Shown: positions 49,440 to 62,969 of the stretch, piece by piece
How positions within the stretch are numbered: position 1 is the stretch's first letter
How the letters are laid out: each line of letters opens with the position of its first letter
Source of the DNA: Chara braunii
Taxonomy: Eukaryota; Plantae; Charophyceae
Direction of reading: 5' to 3'
NCBI GenBank assembly: GCA_003427395.1
Contig: BFEA01000044.1
Location: 289,306-353,208 of the forward strand
DNA length: 63,903 bases
Position numbers and translations under genes: made by a program
Notes under the pieces: model-generated
What the model saw: only the letters and a program-made list of their open reading frames with translations
Databases searched by the model: none
What the model was told of the DNA's origin: nothing

Positions 49440-52400
49440 AGTCAGAAGTTATCAGCAGAAAATGGATATTCACCAACAATTGCAGCAACTTGAGCAACAG
49501 GACAAGCTAGATAGCTCAAACAACTCAGTAAATAGCGCAGACAATAATCCAGACTTACAGCCAGAAGAGCATTCAGAGATAGAAGTCTTACAACAACGCC
49601 TCCAAACATTCGCTTCACAACGCCGGGAGGGTATACGCATAAGAGGAAGAATGACACGACATCAAAAGGAAGGTTCAATGGATAAAAAAAAGTCCGGTAT
49701 AGCCCGAACACGCATGTGCAGAACAAAAATAAAAGTGTTATATGACCCGCAATCAGGTCGCAATGACGTGGCCACCTCTACCCCTGAATGCACACGGATA
49801 GCCATAACTTTTTTTAAAGACTTGTTTACCTCGTGATGTGGCCAATAAGAGAAAGATATTAGGGAGAAAGAAATCGCAGAATTTTTGAACCCGATGACAA
49901 AATTTATGACGGACCAGCAAAGAATGGATCTGGACCGGCCCCTATCCAAAGAGAAAATCTGGTCAGCAATGATGCAAATGGATGAGGAAAAAAAAACAGG
50001 GGCGGACGAACTCCCCAAGGAGTTCTGGGAGACATTCTGGTCTCAAATGGTCCCGGACCACATGAAATTTTATCGCCTAGTTTGAGAGACGGGGAGTACG
50101 GGGGAGCTGGTGGGACAAGGTATCCTCACGTTGCTGCATAAAAAAAGAGACATGATGGATATCATAAACTACCGCCCTATCACGCTGCTTACCGTTGTGT
50201 ATAAGATGTTGGCGAAAACCTTCGCAAACCGGTTAATTTCGGTGCTGGATCAGATTATCCATCCGACACAAACTGGTTTTGCCAAGGGTCGTGGGATCCA
50301 GGATAATATTTTGTTGGTCAATGAACTCCTTAAACTAACCAGGCAGGATAAACAAAACGTGGTCGTGGTCTTCATTGATTTTAAGAAAGCCTACGACCAC
50401 GTCGATTGGTAGTTTTTGGATAGTTGCATGAAAAAAATGAATATAGGCCCGGTATTTCGCCGTTGGACCGAAATTCTGCACCGTAACGCAACCACAAGTG
50501 TCCAGGTGAACGGCAGATTGGCGCCACCATTTCCGCTGCAACGGCCTGTCCGCCAAGGCGACCCGTTGACAACTTCCCTATTCATAATTGTGATGGAGGC
50601 GTTGGCAGCGAACCTCCAGGCAAACAAGGATCTTAAAAAGCTACACATCTCGATCATCCCCGAAGAAGCAATCCCCATTTGTTCAATGTTTGTGGACGAT
50701 CTGACACTCATGGTGGATGCTACCATTGAAAATATGGAAGAGATCAGGCGACTCTTTGACCGGTTCACAACAGTCTCAAACATGACTGTCAATTGGGGTA
50801 ACAAAACATTGGGATGGTGGATTCACCACCAAGGGGTGCGCCCTGCGGAGCTACCCTGAGGTAAATGGCTCCCAGAATCGGCCCCGGTGAGAGTGTTGGG
50901 AATCATGTTAACAGCAACAGGAAGACTTGCGGCCAGCGATGATTGGATTCTTAAACCTGCGCTGGAGAAGCTGGCACGCTGGAATGATCAACACACCTCC
51001 TTGATTGGTAGGGCGTTAGTGATTAATAGTGTGGTGTTGGCCGCTCTAGGGTTCAAGTCTGCAATATAGGCACGTAGCAAGGATGCAATATGGTCGCTTA
51101 GGCGGCAAGTAACAGCCCTGCTGTGGAGAAGTAAGAGCGAGCTTCCAAATGTTGTCAGCATGGTGACCTTGCTATCGGTAATCCAACCCAAAGACAAAGG
51201 GGGCTTGGGGATTTTGGATTCTGGTACTCAAACCACAGCGATAATGGTTCGATGGATTAAGAGGTTGGCGCTCACACAGGACCTTCCTTGGTATGCCCTG
51301 GCGCTGGAACAGATTGTCCGGCTGGCCCCACAAGCACCACAAACAGTTGACCCCCTAACTTGGCTAGAAGACCGTTTATGGTATATCCCACGACGCTCCC
51401 GCGCTGACCAGACCACGAGCCGGGGTGCAGCCCGTGGTGACCTGGCCAGGGATGATTTCTGGATCCGATGCTTGCGAGCTTGACGCCAGCTCCCGCTCCC
51501 AGATAAACCCGGACCAACCAGGTGGGAGGAGGTGGCTAGACAACCCTTGTATGGGAACATAAATATCACGGACCGAAATGGAAGGATATTCTGCAGTTCG
51601 GACTCCCCCTGGAGCAGTTGGTTTAAGAAAGGCATACTTAGAGTTAAAGATATCTGGGATTCAAAAAACAAGAACTGGAAAACGACACCACAAATAAGGA
51701 CGTCATTGAAACACTGTCACAACATAGAAAGGAATCTGGACCAGCTGATCTTCGCAACTCCCCTGGATTGGGTGCGCATCCTGCGCAAGGAACCAAGGCT
51801 AGTGGAAGGGGATTGGGTTGCTGCTCCAGGAGACCCGAAGAGTGTAGAGAGTGTCATAGAGGTATGCGCAAATGAAACATTCGTAAACCTCTTCTATAAG
51901 GGAACCGGCAATGTGCTAACCAGATACACCCCGGGCGTGACGAGATAGTGGCAAAACGCTGATGTGCACAAGATCCGAGTGTTTAAAAATAAGGAAGATT
52001 GGATAGCATACAGGCCGCAGACCCGCCTTGTAGACCTCCCCTTTGACCCTGAAGAGTGGCAATGGCCCCCTGCGAGCAGAACCCGGGTGACTAAAAACGT
52101 AATGCTTTCGTGCTTGACTGTGAAGGCCACGTACCGGTTACTGCGAAACATGAAAGACATTGTCAAGACCTGTTGGAGGTGTCATTTGAATGTGGGGGTC
52201 GACGTTATCCGCCCCATTCGGTGGTTCACCCTCATGCGAGAGAGGCCTGCAAAGCTGGCCTCCCTACAATGGCAAATAGAACACCGCTGCCTCCCCACCA
52301 ACGACTGGCTGATAGATCGCACATACCTGGAACAGAGAGGCCTGTCGCTCCCATGGTGTAAGTCGTGTCAGACAGCGTTCCCCTCCCGCAAGATCCCGGA

Positions 52401-52510
52401 AACAATTGAACACATTTTCTTGCAGTGCCCGGGGGTTGTCCTCACATGGCGATGGTGGGAAAGAATCTAGAACCTGCTGGGCACGGGCTCTACTTGGCCA
52501 TGGGACTGGA
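49440..52510 (+). pseudogene. L1/Tx1-clade LINE ORF2 (RT and zinc finger), truncated at both ends
   Basis: YRPITLLTVVYKMLAK, QTGF, IDFKKAYDHVDW, VRQGDPL, MFVDDLT, KGGLG, CKSC..ETIEHIFLQC; multiple in-frame stops. Confidence 0.93.
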
Positions 52511-53266
52511 GGGCGATTCTATGTGAAACATGGACCTCCCTCAGCACCAGTTTGCCATCGCCTCATGATGGCCGATCTCTTCGACAACAGCGTGTATCAG
52601 CGTGTGTGAACCCAATACCGTAACAGATCGTGCAGCAGCGATGGAACAGCTCATCCGACGTGCAATGACTACCGAGTACTCCGGCATCGCCACCGAAAAA
52701 ACACAACCGAAAGCGCACGTTCGTACAATCGTGCGAAGTGAGAGGCAGAATGCCTTGCGGCGCAGGTATATAGCGATGCCGGAACTGATTCCCGTGGTAC
52801 CCAAGCCTAAGAGTCCCCAGCAAACTGTACCGGGCAGAGCGTACTCAGACGGAAAATCAACGATAAGCCATGGTACCCCACTATACGAACCTGAGATTAT
52901 ATGCACCTGGTCCGGCACTTAGGCAACGAAAATTGTACATCCTGAACAGCAACCTGGCAAGACTAGTTACGTACCCTACAAACCGTCTGAAGTCAGGGCT
53001 GACGACAGATGCAGCTCGCGTACCGCGGCAGGAAACCGTAGTAGCCCACCAAACTCAAATCGAAAGGGCCCAATGTCACTCAAAAAACCGGAAACATCTC
53101 CGAAAAGACCCCTGACCTACGGGCGGGTCACTCCCATGTCGAGGAACCGAAGGTCCGTCAAAAAAACAAAACCAAATGTACACTTCCTACCAGCCCGAAT
53201 CGTGTCGAAGGAAACCTATCATTGGTATCAGGCCTTGAGTGGCCTGCTTGGCAAACAGCCAAGCCC

Positions 53267-54850
53267 CTAACGTACACACTCAGCACCTACATCAGCCACT
53301 TGCCCACCCATCTTACTACCAAATTTCCGACAAGTGGAAACAACAAGGCGAATTGGATAGCCTCTTATCAGCGACTCCCTTTTCACCGCAAGCAAAGCCT
53401 CATGCTGTCCCCAAGAATCAGAGGTAAGTCGAAATACCCTGTGAAGGGTGCTCAAGATAGCCCCAATTTTAGACAGTTTGCAAGAATAAGAGCTGTAGTC
53501 CTGAAAGCAGCCAAAGTCCAGAGTCCCAGACCGCCATATACTGGATGCGTTCTTGAGAAGCACGACCATTCGCAGACACATCCTAATCTTGCAGACCTTA
53601 ATGCCATCATGCCCAACCACCGCGACAAACACCGTGACATCATCCACTATTTGGAATCCCTGTATCAAGCAACTATCCATCCCCAAACCACTGAGGAACT
53701 TCCACTCGGCACAGGAACACAAGATGCATGCCAGCGGACAACTCGACGGTTTTCCCATAGGTACACCCACTACTTATTGCTTTAATTCCCCAGCCGCGTA
53801 GATGTATGTGAAGGAGAGATCAAACTAAACCATATCTCAGATTGACGCAAGAGACACAAAGATACATTCATCCCTGGATCTGTCGTATGAAAGCTAAGCT
53901 TTCCTACCCTTCTTAGCCACTTTGACCCCTTTACATCCCTTCTGTTGAAAGTGGTTAATCAACCAAAATACTGCATCCAAGATGTCTACATGGGGCAGTG
54001 ATACAAACATATCTGTGATATCAAAGATGCGGAGAAGAGGTCAGTGTACCCATACAAGGATCGAAATCGGCGGTCCATGTCTCGAATTTCCCGAAGAAAA
54101 TCCATGACGGCCTTAAGGTTGAAACCAGTTCCACTCGGTAGAGCAAAGAGGAGACAATTTAATGCACGCACAACACGGCCACTCGCCAATCTAGTGGGTT
54201 CAGCACACGTAGGCAAAATCGGTCGCCATCTGAAAACGTCTTTGTGCATCGGAAGCACGTAGGCATTGCCAAAATGTCCACCATTATCATACTTACCAAG
54301 ATGTCCAAGACGTTTACCTTCAAATTTAGCGAACATAGCAGCGTACACCTCCGTGACTTCCTGAACTACCATCCGAAACGACAAGTTCCAATTGAATGTC
54401 AAACGCAGGTAGTGCCTATAAAGTACTGGACAAAGTACCAGAGTATCCGCAACATTCCTATCTATAGGAACACATACAAAGACTCTGAGACGGTTATACC
54501 ACCAACGTAGATGGGCCAGATCAGTTCCCACTTCCTCCGATTCACATACCCAGCAATGAGACAAATCCTGTCGGCCAAGGACAAAATCCAAACGAAGGTA
54601 AGAGGCAATCGCAGACAACTGCCTACCCGGTTCTAAAAGACCATTCAAGTGACAAATTCGAGGGATATTCCTGGAATTCCGAAGTAAACCTGGTACCCCT
54701 GGGATGCCACCGATCCGCGTGAATACATGTATGCCTGATCGATACCATGATGGTTCCAGGTGGCAAGAGCACAGATCCAGTACATCTCCTTTAATCACCT
54801 GGTGAAAATTCCACAAAAAAAACAGACACCGGTAAGTTCTTCCGCCACAC
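53267..54850 (-). pseudogene. Second Chlamys-type Penelope RT fragment
   Basis: CSCH (CxC), AYVLPMHKD..WRPIL, FDITDMF, GVPMGKPSSCPLAC, QIVDD; clear paralog of 4974-6460. Confidence 0.88.
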
Positions 54851-54892
54851 AAATCTATTCTTCTTAACCAACTCTTTGACTGACACTGCCTC

Positions 54893-54995
54893 TGGGCCCA
54901 AACCGCGTGAGGCTCCCAGACCTGTGGGGCCCAAACCTCGTGGAACTCCCCCCAAACGTGTGGGACTTCCCAAACCGCGTGGAACTCCCCCCACT
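54893..54995. repeat. Degenerate tandem repeat of 33-39 bp x3
   Basis: CCCAAACC(G/T)CGTG(G/A).. repeated. Confidence 0.7.
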
Positions 54996-55662
54996 TGGCA
55001 CTTGCTGACTAGACAAGGTGGACTGTGGTTGACCCTGCCTTGCTGACTCAGCGACTGACCAATGACTTCCACAGTACCGAAGAGCCACCTACTGACTTCT
55101 AGAAACTCCTAGGCCTAGACAAACTGACCCTTCATAGGACTTAGGGCTAACCTATACGACAACCTTAGAACTGCTAAGACTAAGACTCGCGGTTCAAGTC
55201 CACGCGGCCAGGCACTGCCCACATACTGTTAACAAACGACTTTGGGTCAGGTCACGGGATCAAGGCACACGGGGTCAACGGGTACTGTACACAGGGATGG
55301 GGTTTGGTCTAGAGATCGAGTCTTGGTGTGAGCAACTGTCAGGCAAACTGGGTGAAACCGTTTCATCTTCTTCTTCTTCAACACACATACCTGCAATAAA
55401 CCTCTGCCACAAAAACAGTCGCAACACACCTGGTTAGACCCCCTAACAAAGCGCAAGCGTACATGGGGGCACCTCCTACAGATGCCCTGTACTGCTTGAG
55501 TGTACATGGAGCCCCCCTCCTACAGGCGACAAATACTGCTTGAGTGTACATGGGGGCAGCGGATTACTTTCACCCTTAGCAATGCGGTGCTCATCAAATG
55601 CGAGGGCCCTGACCCCAAGACCATGTTCCTCACTGAGTCTGCTATGCAAACACTGTGGATGA

Positions 55663-58600
55663 TTTTTTTTATTTTTATTTTTTTATTATTATTATTTTTT
55701 TTAAACAGGTCCGTATGGTCCTGGCTCCATTTCCATTCTGGGGAGCATCAGTCCGGTTCCTATTCCACTGGCAAGTCAGAATACAATATTACATCTTTGA
55801 ACACACGCACGCTTCCTTCCGTCTGGCCAAAGGAACCCTGATCAGCATTGATTACTCCAACATCATGGAGGATTGACTGTCAGCTTGCCCTGCTTCTCCC
55901 TTTCCTCTCAGGTCTACTGTGGTAGCCTGTCGGATAAACATGGATGGCAAGAAAGGCCTGGAAGCTACCAACACTGCTAATAATATCAGACTTTGCCCCT
56001 GTGTTTCATGATAACCCTGCCGAACTGATCCCTGTTTGCCTTGCTTGTGTAAACCCTGGACCCTGAATCCCTGATCCCTCAGCTGTAGTTATTTGCCAGC
56101 TCCTTTCTGGAACACCCTCGCCTTTCCTCCTGTCTGGACAGCCTTGATGTCGATACATGTACTTGTGTTCTCGTAACCAAGCTATGTGGCGCTGAAATCC
56201 TGAGACTGTGGGATTTGACTGACCCGTGTTCTCTGAAGTGGACAGGAGTTATGCCAGTCTTTCCACCTGAGGTGAAGACCTTGNNNNNNNNNNNNNNNNN
56301 NNNNNNNNNNNNNNNNNNNNNNNNNNNNNNNNNNNNNNNNNNNNNNNNNNNNNNNNNNNNNNNNNNNNNNNNNNNNNNNNNNNNNNNNNNNNNNNNNNNN
56401 NNNNNNNNNNNNNNNNNNNNNNNNNNNNNNNNNNNNNNNNNNNNNNNNNNNNNNNNNNNNNNNNNNNNNNNNNNNNNNNNNNNNNNNNNNNNNNNNNNNN
56501 NNNNNNNNNNNNNNNNNNNNNNNNNNNNNNNNNNNNNNNNNNNNNNNNNNNNNNNNNNNNNNNNNNNNNNNNNNNNNNNNNNNNNNNNNNNNNNNNNNNN
56601 NNNNNNNNNNNNNNNNNNNNNNNNNNNNNNNNNNNNNNNNNNNNNNNNNNNNNNNNNNNNNNNNNNNNNNNNNNNNNNNNNNNATCAGGCAGTGTGTGAT
56701 GTTTTCCTGTTCGTTGTCAGAGCATGCTACACAGATATCTGAACTGTTCGGGTCGTTTTTTCTCCTTCTGATGTGTAGCCAACTGTTCACAGGTAGAGCT
56801 GTGTAAGCAAGGAGCCACTGTAAGCTTCTTATTTTGACCGGACGTATATATTTCCGCCAAGGTATTTTGGATATTTGTTCGGCTTCCTGGCCCAGTATTC
56901 TATTCCATCTAGCTTTAATCACCGGATCTGGGTCTTTTGTCTTTAGCATCATTCTGTAGCCCATTTTGACTGTGTATTGTGTTATCTGAGTGGGTGTTTT
57001 GCAGATTCTGTCGTTGCCGGGGGACCATGCCCACTCGTCTGGGTCGAACTCTAAATCTTGGATCGCTGTTTCCATTTGGAAGATTACCTTTGGCCAACTG
57101 CCTAATACTCTTATTTTTCGAAGCGTGTATGAGCTCCTGACTGACTGTTGTGGGTCTGTGTTGTAGATGGACGGGGATTTGGGATTGGTTAGGTCTATCG
57201 GGAATGAGGTAAAGACCCCGGAGCGGTCTGATCCCGGGGTCCTGTGGGTAAACTGATATTCCCTCGCCGGGATCGTCTCCTGAGTCAGTACCCCCCATTC
57301 GCCTGGCTTCCACGAGAAATCCTCTTTGAGTAAGTCCTTCCATCCCTCCGGGATACTGTTAATTACCATTTGCAGGTTTTCATCTCTGCGGTGGCACCCC
57401 TTCAATAGTGATTTGATTGTTTCCTCGTCAATCCAGTCCTTTCTGTCATCATCCCATATGTGACTGACCCTCCATACTCCGTGCTTGATCCATGAGAGCC
57501 ATCGCTGGCCGCTCGAAAGTGAGAGTGAGTGATTGCCTGCATCTCTCACACATGGATTTCCGAAGAGGGGTTGTCGCAGCACTTCTTCCTTAGATTTAGG
57601 CTTCTTGTTCTTTTTGGGCATAATTTCCCTCCATATATTAATAAGAGCTGTCCAATAGGGGGTAGGGGGCCTCGACTCGTCCAGAGAGACATTTGCTGGT
57701 CGTCTCCTGCGGCCCGTCTTCAGGGTCCACTCCTTGTTCAGTACCCAAAAGAGGCCTGACATGTTGGTTGGGCTGTCAATAGGAGCTATTGCTCTGATGC
57801 TGTCTAGTGCTAGCTTGTGCCAAGCCAGTCTGGGTTGTGATAGAAGCTTAATGATCCACTTGATCTGAAGAGCTTTGGTTTCCTGCTTCGGATCGATGAT
57901 TCCTAGACCCCCCTGAGATGACCTTCTTGTTATGTAGTGCCAGGCTATCTTGGGTATGTATTTGGTTTTGTTAGGGTCGCCTGACCAAAGGTAAGCCCTA
58001 GCTCTGCGGTTCAATTCCTTGGTTGTGTGATCAGGTATAGTCCAGATGGAGGCAATATACCACATCATGGAGAAGATGGATGTGTTGATGGTCAGAGCCC
58101 TTCCTAGCAATGACGTGAACGTATTTCCCCATCGTCGCATTCTGTTAATTTGCTTAGTTAGCAGGTTTTGTGCCATTTGTGGAGCGGGGCCATCCTTAGT
58201 TACCAAAATTCCCAGGTATCTCGTCAGCTCTTCCGGTTTTTCCCACGTCATGTCGGCTTTGGGACCTTCCATATTCGGTATTTCTTCCTCTGCAAGCCAC
58301 CATCCTACTGTTTTCTTCCAATTGATTTTCATTTCATAGGCCAGCCTGAACGCTTCCATTGCTCTGACAAGCGCTTTCACTGAGGAGTCCGACGCTCTTA
58401 TGAGGACCGTGAGATCATCAGCAAACATTATGACTGTTGGGAATTGGATGTGGTGATGGGTACCGACATTCATTTCGGGCAATCTTTGTATTGTGGGGTC
58501 TTTGCGTAAGAAGGACGCGATGGCTTCCATTACAAATAGAAAAATTGGCGGAGCAAAGGGGTCCCCCTGCCGCACTGATCTTAAAATTGGGTAGGCTCCA

Positions 58601-58750
58601 GACAGAAGACCGTTGATCTGAATGCAACCTGAAGCGTCGTTATAAAGGACTCTGACCCATTTCCTGAAGTTGGGTCCTACGCCCATTTTTTCCATGCTCG
58701 CGTTGAGGAATGCCCAGTTTACTTGATCATAGGCTTTCTCGAAGTCGAAG
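55663..58750 (-). mobile_element. 5'-truncated L1/Tx1-clade LINE with open RT-to-zinc-finger frame, 3'UTR and A-rich tail
   Basis: DFEKAYD, VRQGDPF, MFADDLT, RYLG, QGGLG, CVAC..ENITHCL; no stops from 58750 to the gap; tail at 55663-55702. Confidence 0.93.
56284..56683. other. Assembly gap (N)
   Basis: N run. Confidence 1.
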
Positions 58751-58817
58751 TGTGGATGATAATTTTTAATTTCTGAACTTACAAACTTGGTAGTAGGTAC
58801 AAAGTAATTCAAATTGG

Positions 58818-58960
58818 GCAAAGTGGAAATAAAAGAATGTTCTAAAGAATCTAAACTCATGCAATGTATTTGTATTCTATCAGACTGGAGCAAAGTGGAA
58901 ATAAAAGAATGTTCTGAAGAATCGAAACTCACGCAATGTATTTGTATTCTATCAGACTGG
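58818..58960. repeat. 72-bp tandem duplication
   Basis: GCAAAGTGGAAATAAAAGAATGTTCT..CTATCAGACTGG x2. Confidence 0.92.
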
Positions 58961-58988
58961 GCGAGTGCATAGCGAAAACAGAAGATTG

Positions 58989-59088
58989 GTCCTTCAGGAC
59001 ATCCATTAAACTTGGGATGATACAGAGAAGATTAGTCATGGCCCCTGCGCAAGGATGACACGCATAAATCGAGAAATGGTCCAAACTT
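58989..59088 (+). ncRNA. U6: U6 snRNA copy (full length, probably a pseudogene)
   Basis: GTCCTTCAGGACATCC..ACAGAGAAGATTAGTCATGGCCCCTGCGCAAGGATGACACGCATAAATCGAGAAATGGTCCAAA; a T insertion disrupts the AGC triad; no USE/TATA upstream and no T-run. Confidence 0.92.
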
Positions 59089-59685
59089 AAAGGGGACAGA
59101 AGGGGGCCGCGCGAGCGTGCGTTAACGTAGCGGCGTCAGTGGCGGTGGCGGCGCCCTGTCGTCGTTAGTCGCGGCTGTGTAGGTGTGGCGTGTGTGCTTC
59201 GGGCTCTATCATTCCTACGTGGCACCTACCCTGCCAGGCACCATAGCTGTGTGAGAGCTATGGCGACAGTGCCCTGGCGTAGCCTAGCCGTTGAGTGGGT
59301 AGGGAGTGCCTCTGCACTCCTTCGCCATGGCATCCTTGCAGCTCCTCATTGGACCTTCATACCAACCTACACACCTACAAGACCTTGATATCAGAGGAGC
59401 CGCCTTCCCCTGAAGCCTTCTGCTGGAAAGGGGGGGCTCCTTTTTCACCATCTAAAGACCGCGCGCTGCACTTCACGACACGACAGCTTGACTGCCCTGT
59501 TCACTAGGAAAGTATGGAAAGCGGAGCGGCGTGTCTGGACGCAGTGGGAGAGCGTGCGGCTGCAGTGGCAGCGCTCCCGCACACTTAAGGGCTGCAGCAA
59601 GTCTCGCTTGATTATCTTCGTCGCAAGGAAGTACGTTGTTCACTTGTTTCATGTTCGGGGTTTTCGTTTGGTCGGGTTTGCCATA

Positions 59686-60730
59686 GGTCACCCAAGCATT
59701 GAGTGGTATGGGGAGTGTTCCACGCTCGACCTACGGTCATCCTGGAATCCTGCGTACAATTACCACGTATATATCTACGGCAATTTCCGGGAAATTAACA
59801 TGATGAAGACATGAGTTCTCTGCTGGGTCTGTAAAGCCCGAAAGCCCTATGGAGTTTAGAGTTGTCTATGTTGTTGAATTTTGGAATTGTTCTTGTTGTT
59901 AGTGTCGTTTTCTTTATTCGACATCGCGTAGATCTTTCGAAGTCTGTTTGGGTTTGTACATGTGGTAAGCTCCTGGGATCTTTTCTGTTGTTGGTGGCTT
60001 TCTCAGTGCATCCTGCCTACTAGGACATATCGCAGTTTATTTCGTAAAAGTGGTTGTTCTTTAAGCCCAGGAAACAGCGTTGTAGGGTCACCCAAGCCTT
60101 GAGTGGTACGGGGAGTGTTCTACGCTCGACCCTTGGTCATATTGGGAATTCCTGCGCATAATTTACCGCTGAAATACCTACGGCAGTATCTGGGAAATTA
60201 ATATATCTTTCGAAGTTTGTTTGGGTTTCTACATGTGGTAAGCTCCTGGGACCTTTCCTGTTGTTGGTGATTTTCTCAGGGTATCCTGCCTACTAGGGCA
60301 CATCGCAGTTTATTTCGTAAAAGTGGTTGTTCTTTAAGCCCAGGAAACAGTGTTGTTGGGTCACCCAAGCCTTGAGTGGTACGGTGAGTGTTCTACGCTC
60401 GAGCCTTGGTCATCTTGGGAATTCCTGCACAGAATTTACCACTGAAATACCTACGGCAGTATCTGGGAAATTAATATGATAAAGACACGAGTTCTTTGCT
60501 GGGTCTGTGCAGCTCCGAAGCCCTTGGGGTGGCGGCACCATTAGTGGGAGTGGGAGGCTTACTAGTGGCGGTGGGAACATCGTCCGGGCGCAGTCGGTAA
60601 ACTAATTCTCAGCCTTAATCGTGTTTGGAGGAATGGCTGACCTTCAGAATAGGGAGGGTGTCACAGGGTCACCCATGCCTTGAGTGGTGAGGGGAGTGTC
60701 CTCCGCTCGACTTTGTGCCACTTGGAAATT
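59686..60730. repeat. Modular partial tandem array (A-B-C, A-C, A-B, A)
   Basis: Module A, GGTCACCCAAGCCTTGAGTGGT..GAGTGTTC..CGCTCGAC, occurs at 59686, 60086, 60359 and 60667. Confidence 0.88.
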
Positions 60731-62887
60731 CTCACTATTTTTCTTTCCACCCCCTTTTTAGGCGCGGTCATTCATATCCTTCCTTCTTTTTGGGAATTTT
60801 CTTGGATTTTCCATATGTGGCTGCTTTCTTGGTTGTCCTTAATGGCTTATTGTTTTAGACACTAGTAATCAGTTGAGTTCTAATTTGGGTTATGGTTAAA
60901 TTAGTAGATATTTGGAAGGGATTTTAGATTTGAATCGTATCTAAGACCTTAGTTGGTTTTGGAATAATTTTAGGGTTATTTGCAAAATTTTCGTGAATTG
61001 CCTTGGGGCATTTTCGAGGTCTGCAGTTTACAGCCCGCTGTTTGGAGCCAGCAGTGTTTCGATTTTAGAAGCACGCCGGTGCTCTGCTGTGTAGGAAGGA
61101 CATTATATTGTCATAGATTTGTTTTGCCTTTTTTTTTTTTTTGGTCTTTTTTGGAGAATCCTCTAAGGGACACTGGACCCGGTTTCCAGTAGCCTAAGCT
61201 GAGTATTGGCCTCAGCAGTTGTGTACCGGGTTGATATGTAGGGGTGTGTTCCCGGGCCCCGGTGATCTCATTGGAATGAAAAGTGCCATGTTTCTCCAAA
61301 AAATAATAATAATAATAATAATAATAAATCAGAAAATTGCTTTCAAAACCAAAAGCAATTTATATTGTTTCTAAGACTACAATTGATTTTATACTATTTT
61401 ATAGTGTTTGAACTTTGAACTCAAATTCGTATCTAAAATTACAACCAATTTCTGTTGTTTCTAAAATTACACCCGATTTATATAATTATATTCTATCTGG
61501 CTATGCTGGACACGTGCAAAGCGGAAATAGAGAATGCCTTTCCGAGTAGTACAATTTGGGAACTTAACTTTAATTTCTTTTAATTTTTTTTACTAATTTA
61601 CAATTGATTTACATTCTACCTGTGCAAGGAAAATGAGCGATAGCGAATTCCAGAAACCAAGCAGCATCATACTAATGAAACCTGATAGTCTTGACCTCGA
61701 ACCAAAAGCAGAATTGCAACTCGAGTTCCACCAAATAAGAGCACAGCAAAAGCTCACAAGTGACAATGCTGGAATAGTCTCATCATCATCAACAATGAAC
61801 CAGTGTCGAATTCCTATCTGGCGCCCAGAGTCCAGACTAGGAATGGCAGATCCTATCTAGCCTATCTACAATGCCGCTGGTAACGTCAACAGCGTCCCGA
61901 AGTACGAGCAGATCTCGGCCAACGCTGTTCGCCTCAAGCACCAGGTATGTCTCACGCTTCACTCGCAAACTCGATCCCCCACACAGACGCCACGTGCACC
62001 CAAGGACCACCATGCACCCCATCCAGCATCTCGCAGGCCAGCTCGGCTATGGCTGCCTGCGCGTGCCCTGCTCGCCCATGAGCGCATGGGCGCTTGCCTG
62101 CAAATAGCGCAGCAGCGCTGCCACAGCATATAGCAAGTGCCTGAATGTCGAGCCCGCAGCCAGGCCCTTTCCTATATGGAATGAGGCTGCCCGTCGTGGC
62201 TGTCTGGCTGACCTGGACAGCCCCACGGAAGCTTCCGGTAGGCCCCAAGTGGCTGAGCCCCTGTCCCAGGGGAATCTTCCACAGGGCCTGGGGTGGTTAC
62301 CCGTGTCCAACTGCCAGCGGCCTGTGTTCAGTTCATGCCCCGTGCCTGCCTCGATTCATTTGGAAAAATGCAGGCAGGGCCTGGGCTCACTCAACCAACT
62401 GGCGCTGTGCAACTGCCTGAATTTCCCAGCTGCGTCCAACCCCAAAGTAGGCCTCTCATCTCTTGTCCGGCCCGCCTTCACTTAGGGCGGCCTTTCTGGC
62501 AGAAACAGGGCCCAGTAGGGCTTACCGAGGCCTTGAGCCTTGCACCTGGGAGAGGTGGCAGTACTGTCAAATTTCCATTCTTGGAAACACCCACACCCAC
62601 ACCCACACCCACACACACACACACACACAGAGTCACAGACACGCACACACAGACTCGTATTCTGAGATAACAGCAGGCAACCCTCTACGCCATTGCCGTT
62701 TGATATTCAACTACCACCCTGCAGACTCGGTATTGCATGTGGTGATGGTTACAAATTTTAGCTTTCATCCAGACTTGCAGCGCACTTCTGCGGTGCGCCG
62801 TGCGCAAATTGGTGATGCGCTCAATTATTTTTTTTATTTTTTATTTTTATTTCTTTTTAGGGATGTGTGCGTAGTACTGTGTACACA

Positions 62888-62967
<80 letters not shown>

Positions 62968-62969
62968 AA

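Noticed and set aside
58751-58932. N-terminal about 60 aa of the 916-aa ORF
   Set aside because: This is chance read-through of a 72-bp tandem duplication; LINE homology starts at DFEKAYD.
59798-59850. Hammerhead-like TGATGAAGAC..GTC..GAAA in module B
   Set aside because: It lacks the CTGA core, GAAA is misplaced, and the second copy (about 60475) does not conserve it.
59686-60730. CRISPR-like repeat/spacer array
   Set aside because: The modules are over 100 bp, the spacers are themselves repeated, there are no cas genes, and the context is eukaryotic.
61837-62250. Second Harbinger transposase N-terminus (LRVKRETY)
   Set aside because: Only one weak motif and no catalytic residues were found.
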